DNA of 64,000 bases from Octopus vulgaris (GCA_951406725.2 OX597814.1:222394001-222458000); one strand, 5' to 3'; shown: positions 37,360-49,969, counted from the first letter of the stretch. Notes: generated by a model from the letters alone, not told the origin. Translations and numbers: made by a program.

Positions 37360-39552
37360 GGTGGTGTTGGTTGTGGTGGTAATGGTGGCGGTGGTGGTGA
37401 TGATGGTGGTGGTGATGGTGGTGATGATGGTGGTGGTGGTGGTGATGATGGTGGTGGTGGTGGTGGTGGTGATGGTGAAGGTTGTGGTGATGGTGGTAGT
37501 GGTGGTGGTGGTGGCGGCGATGCTGGTGGTGGTGGTGGTGTTGGTGGCGGCGATGGTGGTGGTGATGGTGGTGGTGATGGTGGTGGTGATGATGGTGGTG
37601 GTGGTGGTGGTGGTGGTGATGGTGGTTGCGGCGATGGTGGTGGTGACGGTGGCGGCGATTGTGGTGGTGATGGTGGTGGTGGCGGTGGTGATGATGTGGG
37701 TGGTGGTGGAGTTTGTGATGGTGATGATGGTGGTGATGGTGGTGGTGATGATGGTGGTGGTGCTGGAGTTGGTGGTGGTGATGGTGGTAGTGATGGTGGT
37801 GGTGTTGGTGCTGGTGGTGGTGATTGTGGTGGTGGTGGTGTTGGTGGCGGCGATGGTGGTGGTGATGGTGGTAGTGATGGTGGTAGTGATGGTGGTGGCG
37901 GTGGTGGTGATGATGGTGGTGGTGGTGGTGGTGGTGTTGGTGGTGGTGGTGGTGGTGGTGATGGTGGTGGTGGTGGTGATGGTGGTGGTGGTGGCGGCGA
38001 TGGTGGTGGTGATGGTGGTAGTGGTGATGGTGGCGGCGATGGTGGTGGTGATGGTGGTAGTGATGGTGGTGGCGGTGGTGGTGATGATGGTGGTGGTGGT
38101 GGAGTTGGTGGTGGTGGTGGTGGTGGTGGTGGTGGTGGTGGTGGTGGTGGTGGTGGTGGCGGCGATGGTGGTGGTGGTGGTGTTGGTGGCGGCGATGTTG
38201 GTGGTGATGGTGGCGGTGGTGATGGTGGTGGCGGTGGTGTTGGCGGCGATGGTGGTAGTGATGGTGGTGGTGGTGATGGTGGTGGCGGTGGTGGTGGTGG
38301 TGGTGATGGTGGCGGCGATGGTGGTTGTTATGGTGGTGGTGATGGTGGTTGCGGCGATGGTGGTGGTGATGGTGGCGGCGATGGTGGCGGCGATGGTAGG
38401 TGATGGTGATGGTGGTGGTGGTGGTGGTGGTGGTGGTGGTGATGGTGGTGGTGGAGGTGGTGGTGGTGGTGGTGATGATGGTGGTGGTGGAGTTGGTGGT
38501 TGCGATGGTGGTGATGGTGGTGATGGTGGTGGCGATAGTGGTGGTGATAGTGGTGATGGTGGTGGTGGTGGCGGCGATGGTGGTCGTGATGATGATGGTG
38601 ATGCTGGTGGTGGTGGAGTTGGCGATGGTGGAGTTGGTGATGGTGGTGGTGGTGATGGTGGTGGTTGTGGTGGTGGTGGCGGCGATGGTGGTGGTGATGG
38701 TGGTGGCGATGGTGGTGGTGATGGTGGTGGTGGTGGTGGTGGTGGTGGTGGTGGTGATGGTGGTAGTGGTGGTGGTGGTAGCGGCGATGGTGGTGGTGAT
38801 GGTGGCGGCGATGGTGGTGGTGATGGTGGTGGTGATGGTGGTGGTGGTGGTGGTGGGTGGTGGTGATGGTGGTGGTGATGGTGGTGGTGATGGTGGTGGT
38901 GGTGGTGGTGGTGGTGGCGGCGGTGGTGGTGGTGGTGGTGGTGGTGGTGGTGGTGATGGTGGTGGTGATGGTGGTGGTGGTGGTGGTGGCGGATGGTGGT
39001 GGTGATGGTGGCGGCGATGGTGGTGGTGGTGGTGGTGGTGGTGATGGTGGTGGCGATGGTGGTGGTGATGGTGGTGGTGATGGTGGTGGTGATGGTGGTG
39101 GCGATGGTGGTGGTGATGGTGGCGGCGATGGTGGTGGTGATGGTGGTGGTGGTGGTGGTGGTGGTGGTGGTGGTAGCGGCGATGGTGGTGGTGATGGTGG
39201 TGGTGATGGTGGTGGTGGTGATGGTGGTGGTGATGGTGGTGGCAGTGGTGGTGGTGGCGCCGATGGTGGTGGTGATGGTGGTGGCGATGGTGGTGGTGGT
39301 GGTGGTGTTGGCGGCGATGGTGGTGGTGATGGTGGTGGTGATGTTGGTGGTCGTGGTGGTGGCGGCGATGGTGGTTGTGATGGTGGCGGCGATGGTGGTG
39401 GTGATGGTGGTGGTGATGGAGGTTGCGGCGATGGTGACGGTGGCGGCGATGGTGGTGGTGATGGTGGTGGTGCTGGTGGTGGTGGTGGTGGTGGTGGTGG
39501 TGGTGGTGGTGGTGGTGGTGGTGGTGGTGGTGGTGGTGGTGGTGGTGGTGGT
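37360..39552. repeat. 2.2-kb variant (GGT)n/(ACC)n trinucleotide array with higher-order subunits
   Basis: GGT interspersed with GAT, GGC, GTT and AGT triplets. GGTGATGGTGGCGGCGAT recurs. Phase shifts occur only near 38399, 38856 and 38991. Confidence 0.97.
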
Positions 39553-39914
39553 CGTGGCAGAGTTGTCCGTTGTAGTCGTTGACTGTGAAGTTGTCGTCTG
39601 GGTTTTCCAATTCTTCGTGTGTCGGCGTCCATGCTCGCACGTGCACCTGTCTCGCTCCTCCCCTTCTTTCCCTCCCTCGTGAAGCAGTGGGGAAGGGGAG
39701 GGGGAAATCAACGTCGTAAGCGTTGTCAAGGAGACCACCGTTCTTCTCGAAGAACGACTTCATGGCTTTGAAGTTGCCATGCTCAAAGCAGAAAATGGCG
39801 AGGAAAGCCGAAGACGAATTTACAAAATGGGGAAACACGCCACACAAAGGCAGGTTTATCGTGCAAAGAATTTGCGCAACTGAATGTATTTTGTATTTAT
39901 TATTTGTTGCACAA
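39553..39914 (-). mobile_element. Second copy of the putative LINE 5' UTR/ORF1 start, running into the (ACC)n array
   Basis: Near-identical to 36780-37142, including the flank gtatttatta(g/t)ttgttgcacaa. Confidence 0.75.
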
Positions 39915-40157
39915 CTTTTACATAAAAAATATTATCCAAACACAAACTTTTGAAGACAATAAAAAGGCAAACTTACTACTATATAGGCTGCTATTTCTAA
40001 AATTTTCGGTATGTGGTCCAGGAACTTGTTGCAAAAACCCTTATTATTATAATTATATAAGTTTTTCACCGAATATGGTCTTTTTCCATACCGAAATACT
40101 ACTAGGTGAAATTTGTTGATTTTATTAAAGTAATCATATTTCCCCCTATATCTGTAA

Positions 40158-40202
<45 letters not shown>

Positions 40203-40226
40203 ATCCAAACAGGAAAGCACAAAAAA

Positions 40227-40423
<197 letters not shown>

Positions 40424-40905
40424 TAAACAGTAAAAATAATTACAGACATGGACAAGAACATGAAACGCCACAGAGACGACACAAGAACCACAGGACGGGA
40501 CATTCGAAGCCCTCAGTCATCAGTCAAGAACCAGATCATCTTAGCAATTTCGGCTGATTAATCTTGATATATATTTATATATATATATATATTATATTAT
40601 ATATATATATACATACACACACACATACATATATATTATACTCACACACACACATTTTTCCATGCATACATGTGTGTGTTTAATGCAACTTTGTATACAT
40701 GAACAACTGACGTAAGCTGCATGTAATATGAAAGCCTGCACCTGCTCCCCCCGCTATATATATACACACATACGCACACCCCACATATATGTATACACAC
40801 ACACACATAAAATTCAACCATCCGTAAACACATAAGGAAATGCACCATGCTTGATCGCATCGTTTAGACATATGCACATATTATGCATATACAAAATATA
40901 CATAC

Positions 40906-41420
40906 ACTAGCAGCATAGCCTAGCGTTGCCCGGGTATGTAAGAGCCCCTAGTAGGCAACGACTAATCCCAATCTACTCCTTTCCAATTTCTGAAAGATAT
41001 TATCGAAAATATGTCATCTTGAATTTGAACGCGATTTCCCAAAATGGCATGATTTTATCGATTTTTTCTGATGGTAAGGTATTGCATGGAAAACTAACGT
41101 CAGAATTAAGTTTCTTAGGGTAACATTAAGCTTTACCATGAGTTTGGTGAACATCGATTGCAAGTTACGAAAACTACAACAGAAAATGTGTTGCATATAA
41201 AAAGCTTAGATTCTCGACCCCATGTCGAAATTATCGATTTTTCTCAGAACTGGGGGAACTTTTCAAAATTTTCGCTGCGTTAGTTTTGAATTATGACATT
41301 CGGCTATGTGTGTGTCAAGTTTCATCAGAATCGGTTGAAAGCCGTGGTCAGGGTCTGGGTACAACCTGACAGACACACAGACACACAGACAGACAAACTG
41401 CCGTTTATATATAGAGAGAT
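40906..41420 (+). mobile_element. HINE/Lep1-like non-autonomous element
   Basis: 5' actagcagcatagcctagcgttgcccggg. The 3' block is shared with ~7990-8200; the internal segment differs. Confidence 0.75.
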
Positions 41421-44400
41421 ATTTAAAAAAAAGGTGCGGTCTTTACGAGTACCCATGATGAAACATGTAGGGCTGATGCCGACGTGTATTGAAGGAGTAC
41501 TCTGTAACACCCTCCAAAGTGGTATATGCTACAAGGTGTTGTGTGGACGCCCCCAGACGATGAAGTAGGCTAGTCCAATATGTAGATATAGAGGGAGACG
41601 TCTAGACGTCAGAGTTGAGTAGGGATCATCTGAAAGTGAGATATAACACAAGGCGAGAGATCATCACAGCATACAATGTCTTTCTCTATGAATTTGTTGC
41701 GAAGGCATTTGCTTGTTGTATCACCTTTGTTCCGCTATTAGACAGTAGCAGGAGATATGCGTAGATACATGAAATTTTTTCCGAAATAGTGAGTGGAACT
41801 TACTTGCGACGCTAGCATTTACGCAGGAGTTATACGTTAAATCATATGTGACGTTTCTGTGTCTTTTTTAATAATTAAGAAGGTCGATAAGTGTTGTTGG
41901 TGAGTACATGTTTCCCGAGTTTAGTTTATGCTTGATATCAAAATTTTCAGATGAATCCACTCCTAACGAAGGCAAAATTTTGACACAAATATTTAACTTT
42001 GTTACATATAAATTTTAGCTCCAACATTCATACTTTAAAGTACATTCGGTTATACTAGACTGGATATATTGGCAAGCATTGTATCCCTACTCATAATACA
42101 AATCATTAATACTGGAAGGGCTATGATAATTTTCGTTTCTCTTATAAACCTATTCAGGTTTAGTTGTTTTTCTTTTTCTGCGGGTAGTTCACTTGGGAAA
42201 AGTAGAATGCAAACAATTCTTGTTTCATCTTTTCAAGTTAAAGAAATTATATATGCTCCAAGTTAAAGAAATTATATATGACGATTGTTGCAAATATAAT
42301 TTATTCTTATTTTAAAAAGATTATATTCTTATTTCAAAAAAAAATATATATTACCGAATATATTCCTCTTGTGAGTGCATTAGCAACAGGATCTTGCAAA
42401 ATGGAAGTGTAAACTGCAGTTCAAAATCGGGAGAAAGTACTGTCACACAAGCTCAAAATAATATATCATATTACTTAAAATCGATGTTCAACTCAGAATA
42501 AATATATAACGTGTCAAAATATTATGTGTCAGCTCGAACAGAGATCATGTCGAATAATGTGACAGGGTGGTGAATAACATCAGTAGTTAAGCTAAAGGGA
42601 AAAAGTCAGGTCGCGATAAATGTCAGACAGCCGAAAGAGATGATTTAATGCATATATTTATGTCCCACATAAATTTTATTTCCACAAGACAAGCAATATA
42701 GTTGGTTAAGTCAATACCATTTCGCTATCAACGTAGAGCCAAACTCATTTCATCTGATATTCGCGGTTTGACTAGCAAAATTCGTTCACAAAATGTTTAT
42801 TGCTTGAAGTATTTTTAGCAATTTGAACAAGAAAGAATAAAAGGATAAAACCAACAATGGGCATTTTCTGCACATGGCTATGGAAATTTCTCGCTTAAGA
42901 CATACAATAAAATTTACCGTATATAGTTCTTCAAGCAAACTATATCGATTATGCTTTCCAAAGTGCACTGATAAATAATCTAGATACCAAATGGGAAGAC
43001 GCGCATTTTATGATTTAGTACAAACTAGTTTTTCATATTTATTATATTCTGCGCTATATATCCTTGAACTTAATTCATAGGCCCTTTATTGCTTTTTGAT
43101 AAGAAAGGCAGACATGTGCTTGCGTACCTGGTATAAAAATGGAAATTATCTGCAATTTGAACTGATTTCATTTTATACAAATAAATATTATATTTGCGGT
43201 AGCATATCAGATATGAATATGATGCACGTATATCTAAATTGATAACACGTTTGTTACTTAAACTCAAGATCCTGCATTCGAACTCTATCGGTATCAGCGG
43301 AGTCTACTGTCTATTCCTACAAATTGGGGTCAGCAGAAGTTTAAGATTCTGCAGAAGCTTATCTTACAGAGTATATCTGCAATTCAAAGGTCTGACCTTG
43401 TTGCACACGGCTACTTCTGTTTGCAAATTACTTTAAGTTTATGCGTGTTTCTATGCAATACTCATCCGCTTAATGTTATTGCATCGGACAAATGGAGATA
43501 ATATAGTTTGTATGTTTATTGTGTATGAGAGCGCGTGAATGAATGCAAATGAATAGAACATATAAACTCTCTCGTTGAATCGAAAGTATATCTACAGCAG
43601 GTAACACACACACACACACACACACGCATATTATATTATGTAAAGTTATATATAAAGTTACTTAAGTATGACATTGAAGAATTAGTAGGGTACATAATTA
43701 TTAATTCTATATTTTACTTGTAAATTCAAATATAATATCATATACATTCATACATACATACAAGTATGTATGTGTGTGTGGAGAGAGAGAGAGAGGTGGG
43801 GAGGGATGCATGTGTGTGTATGTCTATTATACATTATAAGTAGGAATGTTACCTTTATGCTAGTTTTTTTTGCTGTGTCTCCAGACGAATGCATGCATAA
43901 TTCAGTGTATATTGTCTTTATATTGTGTGTAAGATACATCTTACTTGTTAAAACACTCGTAGATTACATTATCTACGTTTACATGCGACTTGTTATTAAT
44001 ATTTACAAATTCAAATGCCAGAACGAACAGAAAGAATATTACGATGTACTTCTTGTGGCCTTTGAAACCGTGTGCTCACTTTTCAATGATATATTTCAAT
44101 ACGGAACGTTCATCACGGCAATATTTGTAGTCAAGAGTTCCTAACGAGTTTGAGGTTGCAAGATTTTCTTTCATATCTCGTTCCGCAACAACTGATGAGA
44201 TTTGGGAACACACGAATTTAAAATCTATCTCTTCTCTCTGCTTATTTATTCACATTATTTTGAAGTAATTATGCATTATCTCACAACTTTGACATTTTGA
44301 CGACGTGTTTTTCTGCCCTTTGTAGTGTTCATATTTTGTGTTGCATTATTTACCCCACTAATTCTCTACAATGTAACCAAATCTTGTGATATCTATGACA

Positions 44401-44754
44401 ATGTATCCCATCAAAGATTTTCTCCTTTCTCCTAATTGACTCCATAAGTCCTTTGTGAGGACTTATGACAATTTAGTTTAAATTGCCTTCACGCGCACCC
44501 ACGCTTTCCCAGTTTGCTCCGCCAATCGACTGTTACTCATTACTTTCTCTAATCTTTTTCCTCCCTACTATTCTTCATGGTTTCCAAACTTGTTCCAACG
44601 CTATATCTTACAACACATTTTCTCCTCCCGTCCTAGCTTCACAGCCTTCATTTGTTTCCCAATATACCCACCCACCAGCTTTGAAAGTGTCAGGAACAGA
44701 GTGGCTTGCTGCTCCCTAAATAATTTCAATATAAGACAGCATATATATCCATTT

Positions 44755-45050
44755 GTGGAGGCGCATTGGCCCAGTGGTTAGGGCAGCGGACTCGCGGTCG
44801 GAGGATCGCGGTTTCGATTCCCAGACCGGGCGTTGTGTGTTTATTGAGCGAAAACACCTAAAAGCTCCACGCGGCTCCGGCAGGGGGTGGTGATCCCTGC
44901 TGTACTCTTTCACCACTCTTTCTCCCACTCTTTCTTCTGTTGGCCTGCTCGCTTAGCAAGCGGGGTGGCGTCGTTCGAAGGCTAAAACAATGCAAACGCA
45001 TTGTGACCAGCGATGTGTAGCAACATCTGATGGTCTGGTCGGTCAAGTGA
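44755..45050 (+). mobile_element. SINE family B head with alternative tail type Y
   Basis: The first ~175 bp match 18495-18675, then it diverges to cttctgttggcctgctcgcttagc..gcaacatctgatggtctggtcgg. Confidence 0.85.
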
Positions 45051-47360
45051 CCCGTATATGTGAATACTCATTATTTACATTATAACCATTCACACAAGAA
45101 ATACTGAAACAACAGATACATACAAAGTATTACAGACACAAATATTTCCATATACACCTAATCGACATTCACACACACATAGACATTTGCCTTAGGCACA
45201 CGCACATTAAATACACATACATGCGCACATTGAGTGCACAATACCTAACACATACACACAAACACAGATATACAATTTGTCTCTGTCAATTACCATTACA
45301 GCTCAATAAACTTTCACGCAAGGTTACTATATATTCAAAATCCATCTCTTATACTATATATTCAAAGCAACCTTCTCACATACACATTGACAGGCAAATA
45401 CACAACAGTTGACACATATACTTAATCGACCACTTCTCACCTCGTGAACATATCGACGCTGAGCACCACCTCCCACCCCTTTCCACTTTTGCGTCATTCA
45501 CATTTCACGGGGAGCCATCTTTGTTTAGCCTAGTTTCAGTAAATTATTAATTCAAATTTGGTGATACTTGAAATTCATTGCTAAAAAAGAATGTTGATAC
45601 TCGCCAAGAGATTTCGGTTGATTTCAACTTTAGTTATCTGTAGGCATAATTCCTAGAATATCCTAGCAACATAGCACATCCTGTTACACAGCCCATACAA
45701 ATATTATTAATTGCGCAACATATTAATCTTACAAATTTATTCAGTGATGCTGCTAGATGTGGAATAGTTGTAAATTTCTCGAGACATTAACTCACTGTGT
45801 CATTTGTGAGTTTCTTTGCCTTGTATCCAACATGAATAAATCTCAAGAAACACTTCGAAATGCCTATTTAAATAATGCATTTTGGTATAGATGTCGTCTA
45901 GTACGTGTTAACATGCTTAGATAATTTTCAGTTTCCTTGAAAAAAGACATCTTTTACGAGAAAAATAAGGGTTAATATGCAGACTAGAAATAATACCATA
46001 TCCAAAAGCACAATGTGTCAAAGGCGAATAAGATGATGAGTTGTAACTATTATTTGCATTTTAAATTTATATTTAAATGGCGGATGCATTTATGAACAAT
46101 AGTTATATTCGACAAGAGTTCTTAATTCATGCATAAGTATGTGTTCAAATGGGTTTCTGAAGAGCAAGATTTGAAACATCGGAGACTGTTTACATCTCGT
46201 AACCTGAAGCTTTGAAGTTTGCATTCTCTTCGGAGAAATCAATTAACTACTTATTTAACCGGGTTATAATAGGATTGAATAAACGAAAATTCGCTACATT
46301 ATGTTAGCACTTGCTTTCATTTGCATAGATAGCGTGGGTTAGCACGTCTTATACAAGAGCAACAATTGAGAACAAATTATACTTAATATACCATAACCCA
46401 TAGAAGACATTGCAGAAAATTTTCTAAGAGACATCATGACAGTGCCGTCAAAGGTGGAGTGAAAATGAGATTATATTTACTTATGATTAACACACACACA
46501 CGTATGTATATGATATAGAAAAGTTTTAGCAATTGTTAAAAAAATTTAAGTACCTCGTTTTTCTTCAAGTAGCAGTGACACTACACTTAATAAACTGCTA
46601 ATTTTACTTTAATTTCAACTAGTTGAAATTAGATTGTGCTGTGACTAATTGTAAAGTCATAATTGATTTTTACGTGCTTTGGGATTTCAAAGTCATTGAT
46701 ATGTACAGACAACTTCCTTTCAGATGACATTATTGAAATGTAACGAAGCTAAAATTATACAATTGAATTATTATTATCTTTCAAGAGAATATATTTTAAG
46801 TATACTGGCAAAAGAAAATACTTTCTCTCTTAAATTACTGTCTCACTAATCAGTTGTATTCTCTTTAGATTTTTATTTCACATTTTAACGTGTAAAATTC
46901 AGTCAAATGTTTGTAGACAAAAACTTGAAACCATGATGTAAAACTCAACAAAGCCCGTTTTTAGCTCATTCCACTTTTAGTGTGGAATTGCTGGACCACA
47001 TTTCTGTTTGTAGTGTGGAATAATACTGATGCATTGTGACGGGAGATGAGGGTATACATCTATATGCAGCGTCATAAATGAGGGTTAAAAAAAATAAGGC
47101 AAAGATTAATATAATTTTCTCATCGTATATGTGCAATCACAGACATATACATACATACGTACGCACACACACACACACACGCGCGCGCACACACACATAC
47201 ACATATCTTTTAAATTCGTTTTTGGCAACGTTAAGTGTATGCAAATAAAGTTCTTATTTCATTATGTCGGCTATCGTCTAATGATACTGACTAGTGAATC
47301 AGTTTTGGGGGTTGCATCATGGTTATAACGATATAATGTAGGATAAATATAATAATAACA

Positions 47361-47634
47361 ATAATTCTAGGATAGAATTTATGAATGTTTAATACACCGC
47401 TACGCGCGTTTCCACTAGTCAGATGACTTTAACATCATACTCCGCGTCCTTGGGATGAGAACTGTATAGTCCACCTGATGAAAGGATTCAATGATGATCA
47501 ACTGGATGCCCACAGATATTACGTACTATACTGTACTCATCTCAAGAATACGGACTCTGATGCTAAAATCATGTGATTTGTGGAAACGCGCCTAGCGATG
47601 TATTAGATATTTATAAATTACATCCTAGAATTAT
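47361..47634. mobile_element. Diverged fold-back element (~110-bp arms, ~50-bp spacer) with hammerhead-like motifs
   Basis: ataattctaggat..cgcgtttccac..gatgag.ac.gtatagt is mirrored on the other side. The right arm reads CTGATGCtaaaatcatgtgatttgtgGAAACGCG. Confidence 0.75.
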
Positions 47635-47989
47635 CACAGATGGAGAGAGAGAGATGCATTGAGAGAGACTAGCAAACTGGGACATTGATTTCTAGGTAAA
47701 TAGATACAAGGGTAAAATCAGTCAGGTTCATTTTCAAACTTAAGTGAAGTATGGGCAGTCAATTTCATGAGCACTAATAAAGGGTTCATTTCATCCTTAC
47801 CTCATATCAACGTATCAAATTAAATACTTTTTACTTTATACGAATATAGAGAGATAGACGCTTTATATCTTAGAGGGGTATGGTGATGCAAAGAGGAAAA
47901 ATAAAACTCAAATTATGAGTAAATGTATATTTTTATTAGAAGTCAAGGGCCGAAAGTTTCATGCGTTGGCACAGGTGACTGTCTATCTG

Positions 47990-48059
<70 letters not shown>

Positions 48060-48074
48060 CCTCTATCTATCTAT

Positions 48075-49350
48075 CCCTCTGAGGGCTGGGCATGCCGTGG
48101 TTGATGATGCGCAGACACGCGCTGAGACTGCGGCATCTCTGGCTCTATGTAGACGACGGTGAACAGGTGTGGTCGCCGTTTGTGAGGCACGCTTTCCCGC
48201 AGCTCGTCTCCATGACCGAACTGCAGTCGTGGATCAAAAAGAGGCCGAGGAAGGGCGAATGGCACCGCGAGTGTCGCGTTGCTCTCAAGCAACTCTGCCG
48301 TCCTGGGCCGACCTTAAGTGACTTCAACACAACCAAAGCATTCTATAGGGGTTTAGTGGAGGGGAGGTACGACGACGAGCTCGGGGCGAACCTGGACGTC
48401 GACGAGGAGTACCTGACCCGCCTGTTCAGGACGACTTTCGGGCCAGGGCCCATGGACAACTTCCAGAGATCCCTGGCCTGGCAGTGCTACCGAGAAGCGC
48501 TACCCGTTCGGGATAAGCTCTACAGACACGGCTCGAGAAACACGGGGCCGACCTGCCCGAGATGCGGTCAGAGCGACGAAACCGTTCTGCACGCACTCGT
48601 TCAGTGTCCAACAATTTCCGACCTGTTGGCTTATGTCGAACAACTGCTGTCACGTGTGGGACGAGTCGGTTTATCAGCTGAGTCTATCGTCAATATTGTC
48701 ACGCCTCCTTCCTTCAAACGGGAAGGAAGAGCTATTTTCATCATCCTTGTGGCTATGGCGAAAGAATGTATCTGGTGGACGCGTCTGAAAGGATTGGAGA
48801 CAAACACTTTCCTCTCTGGTCAATCTCTCATCAACTTCTTCAAGTACCACTTGAAAAGGAAAGTGAGAGTAGAGAGGCAAGTTTTGTCTAGCGAATGTTT
48901 TAAAAAAAGATGGGTGAATGTAGCAAGAATGGCACGTATGAATGACGAACCCACCTTGAGCATAGTCCTATGAACCCAGAAATCGAAAACAGAGAGTTGC
49001 TTATTTGCAAAAAAAAAAAAAAAAAAAAGAAATATAAAATGTAACTTCATTGACCGAGGTTACCGTGGTCTTTTCCGTAGGCTTTTCTTTCCACGGGTAA
49101 ACCTCACCTGTCCTTCCCTTTACACTTCATATTGACATTTCTGTGATAACGATCCCTATTGATCAATTTTTTTTCCTCCCCCCTTTTTTTAACCCCCTTT
49201 TTTTGTCCTCTTTCTCTCCTTTTACGATCCCTTTTGATCGAAACTCCCCCTTCCTTTTTTTTTTTTTTTTTTTTTTTAAACCTTCAAAAGAAAAGCTCTA
49301 CCTTGTAATTTGTTCTATCTGTGTGCAGCCCTGTGTGGCTAATAAAGAAA
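48075..49350 (+). mobile_element. 5'-truncated Tx1/L1-clade LINE inserted in (TATC)n
   Basis: Open ORF2 C-terminus. T-rich 3' UTR ending aataaagaaa. (TATC)n at ~47985-48074 and ~49353-49423. Confidence 0.88.
48092..48973 (+). CDS. ORF2 C-terminal part with zf-RVT-like CCHC zinc knuckle (5'-truncated, probably not translated)
   Basis: AWQCYREALPVRDKL..CPRCGQSDETVLHALVQC (CX2CX8HX4C) and AKECIWWTR are typical of the L1/Tx1 ORF2 C-terminus. 293 codons without a stop. Confidence 0.85.
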   Translation: MPWLMMRRHALRLRHLWLYVDDGEQVWSPFVRHAFPQLVSMTELQSWIKKRPRKGEWHRECRVALKQLCRPGPTLSDFNTTKAFYRGLVEGRYDDELGANLDVDEEYLTRLFRTTFGPGPMDNFQRSLAWQCYREALPVRDKLYRHGSRNTGPTCPRCGQSDETVLHALVQCPTISDLLAYVEQLLSRVGRVGLSAESIVNIVTPPSFKREGRAIFIILVAMAKECIWWTRLKGLETNTFLSGQSLINFFKYHLKRKVRVERQVLSSECFKKRWVNVARMARMNDEPTLSIVL

Positions 49351-49352
49351 CA

Positions 49353-49393
<41 letters not shown>

Positions 49394-49394
49394 G

Positions 49395-49425
<31 letters not shown>

Positions 49426-49934
49426 CTGTCTGGCTCTCCCTCTCTCTCTCTCCATATACATATATGTATATATAAAAAGAGAGGAGAGATAGATAGATAT
49501 TGGTATATGCCATCTTATACATATATGTGGATGAGTGAGTTTATTTGTATACGCATGTATAAGACTGTATATTGTTATATGTTTGGGTCTGGACCAATAT
49601 AAACATTTTTTAAATATTACTGTGTGAGTATGACTCCATCAACATAATTCTTTTCTTTTTTTTCTTTGTTCATCATTTTATTTTCTCATATTCCATTTCT
49701 TCTGTTCGGTCTTGACGTGAAGTTTTCTTTGAGGAGATAATTCTATTATTACAAACATTTCGTGCAAGATCAGTTTTGCAAATTGATATAAGAATAAAGT
49801 CACAAACTTTAGCTAAAAATGAAAAGAATATAAGAATATAATACAAAATTTCTTTAACGTGTTTATGTGATAGTGAGATAGATTGGAAATGAACTCTTTC
49901 TTGATGATAGGAAAAAAAAAGACATAAAATGCCG

Positions 49935-49969
<35 letters not shown>

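Noticed and set aside
37255-39847. 827-aa and 843-aa His/Thr/Pro-rich and Gly/Val-rich ORFs as real mucin, extensin or histidine-rich proteins
   Set aside because: They are overlapping read-throughs of one trinucleotide array, with frameshifts and TE-derived flanks. No signal peptide or splice context is evident.
40495-40535. Hammerhead motif on the minus strand (CTGATGA..CGAATGTC)
   Set aside because: It has no GAAA and no convincing helices, and the homologous copy at ~2745-2770 lacks the core.
42400-43450. Very old LINE RT remnant or host exon
   Set aside because: Only faint similarity; no motif could be read with confidence.
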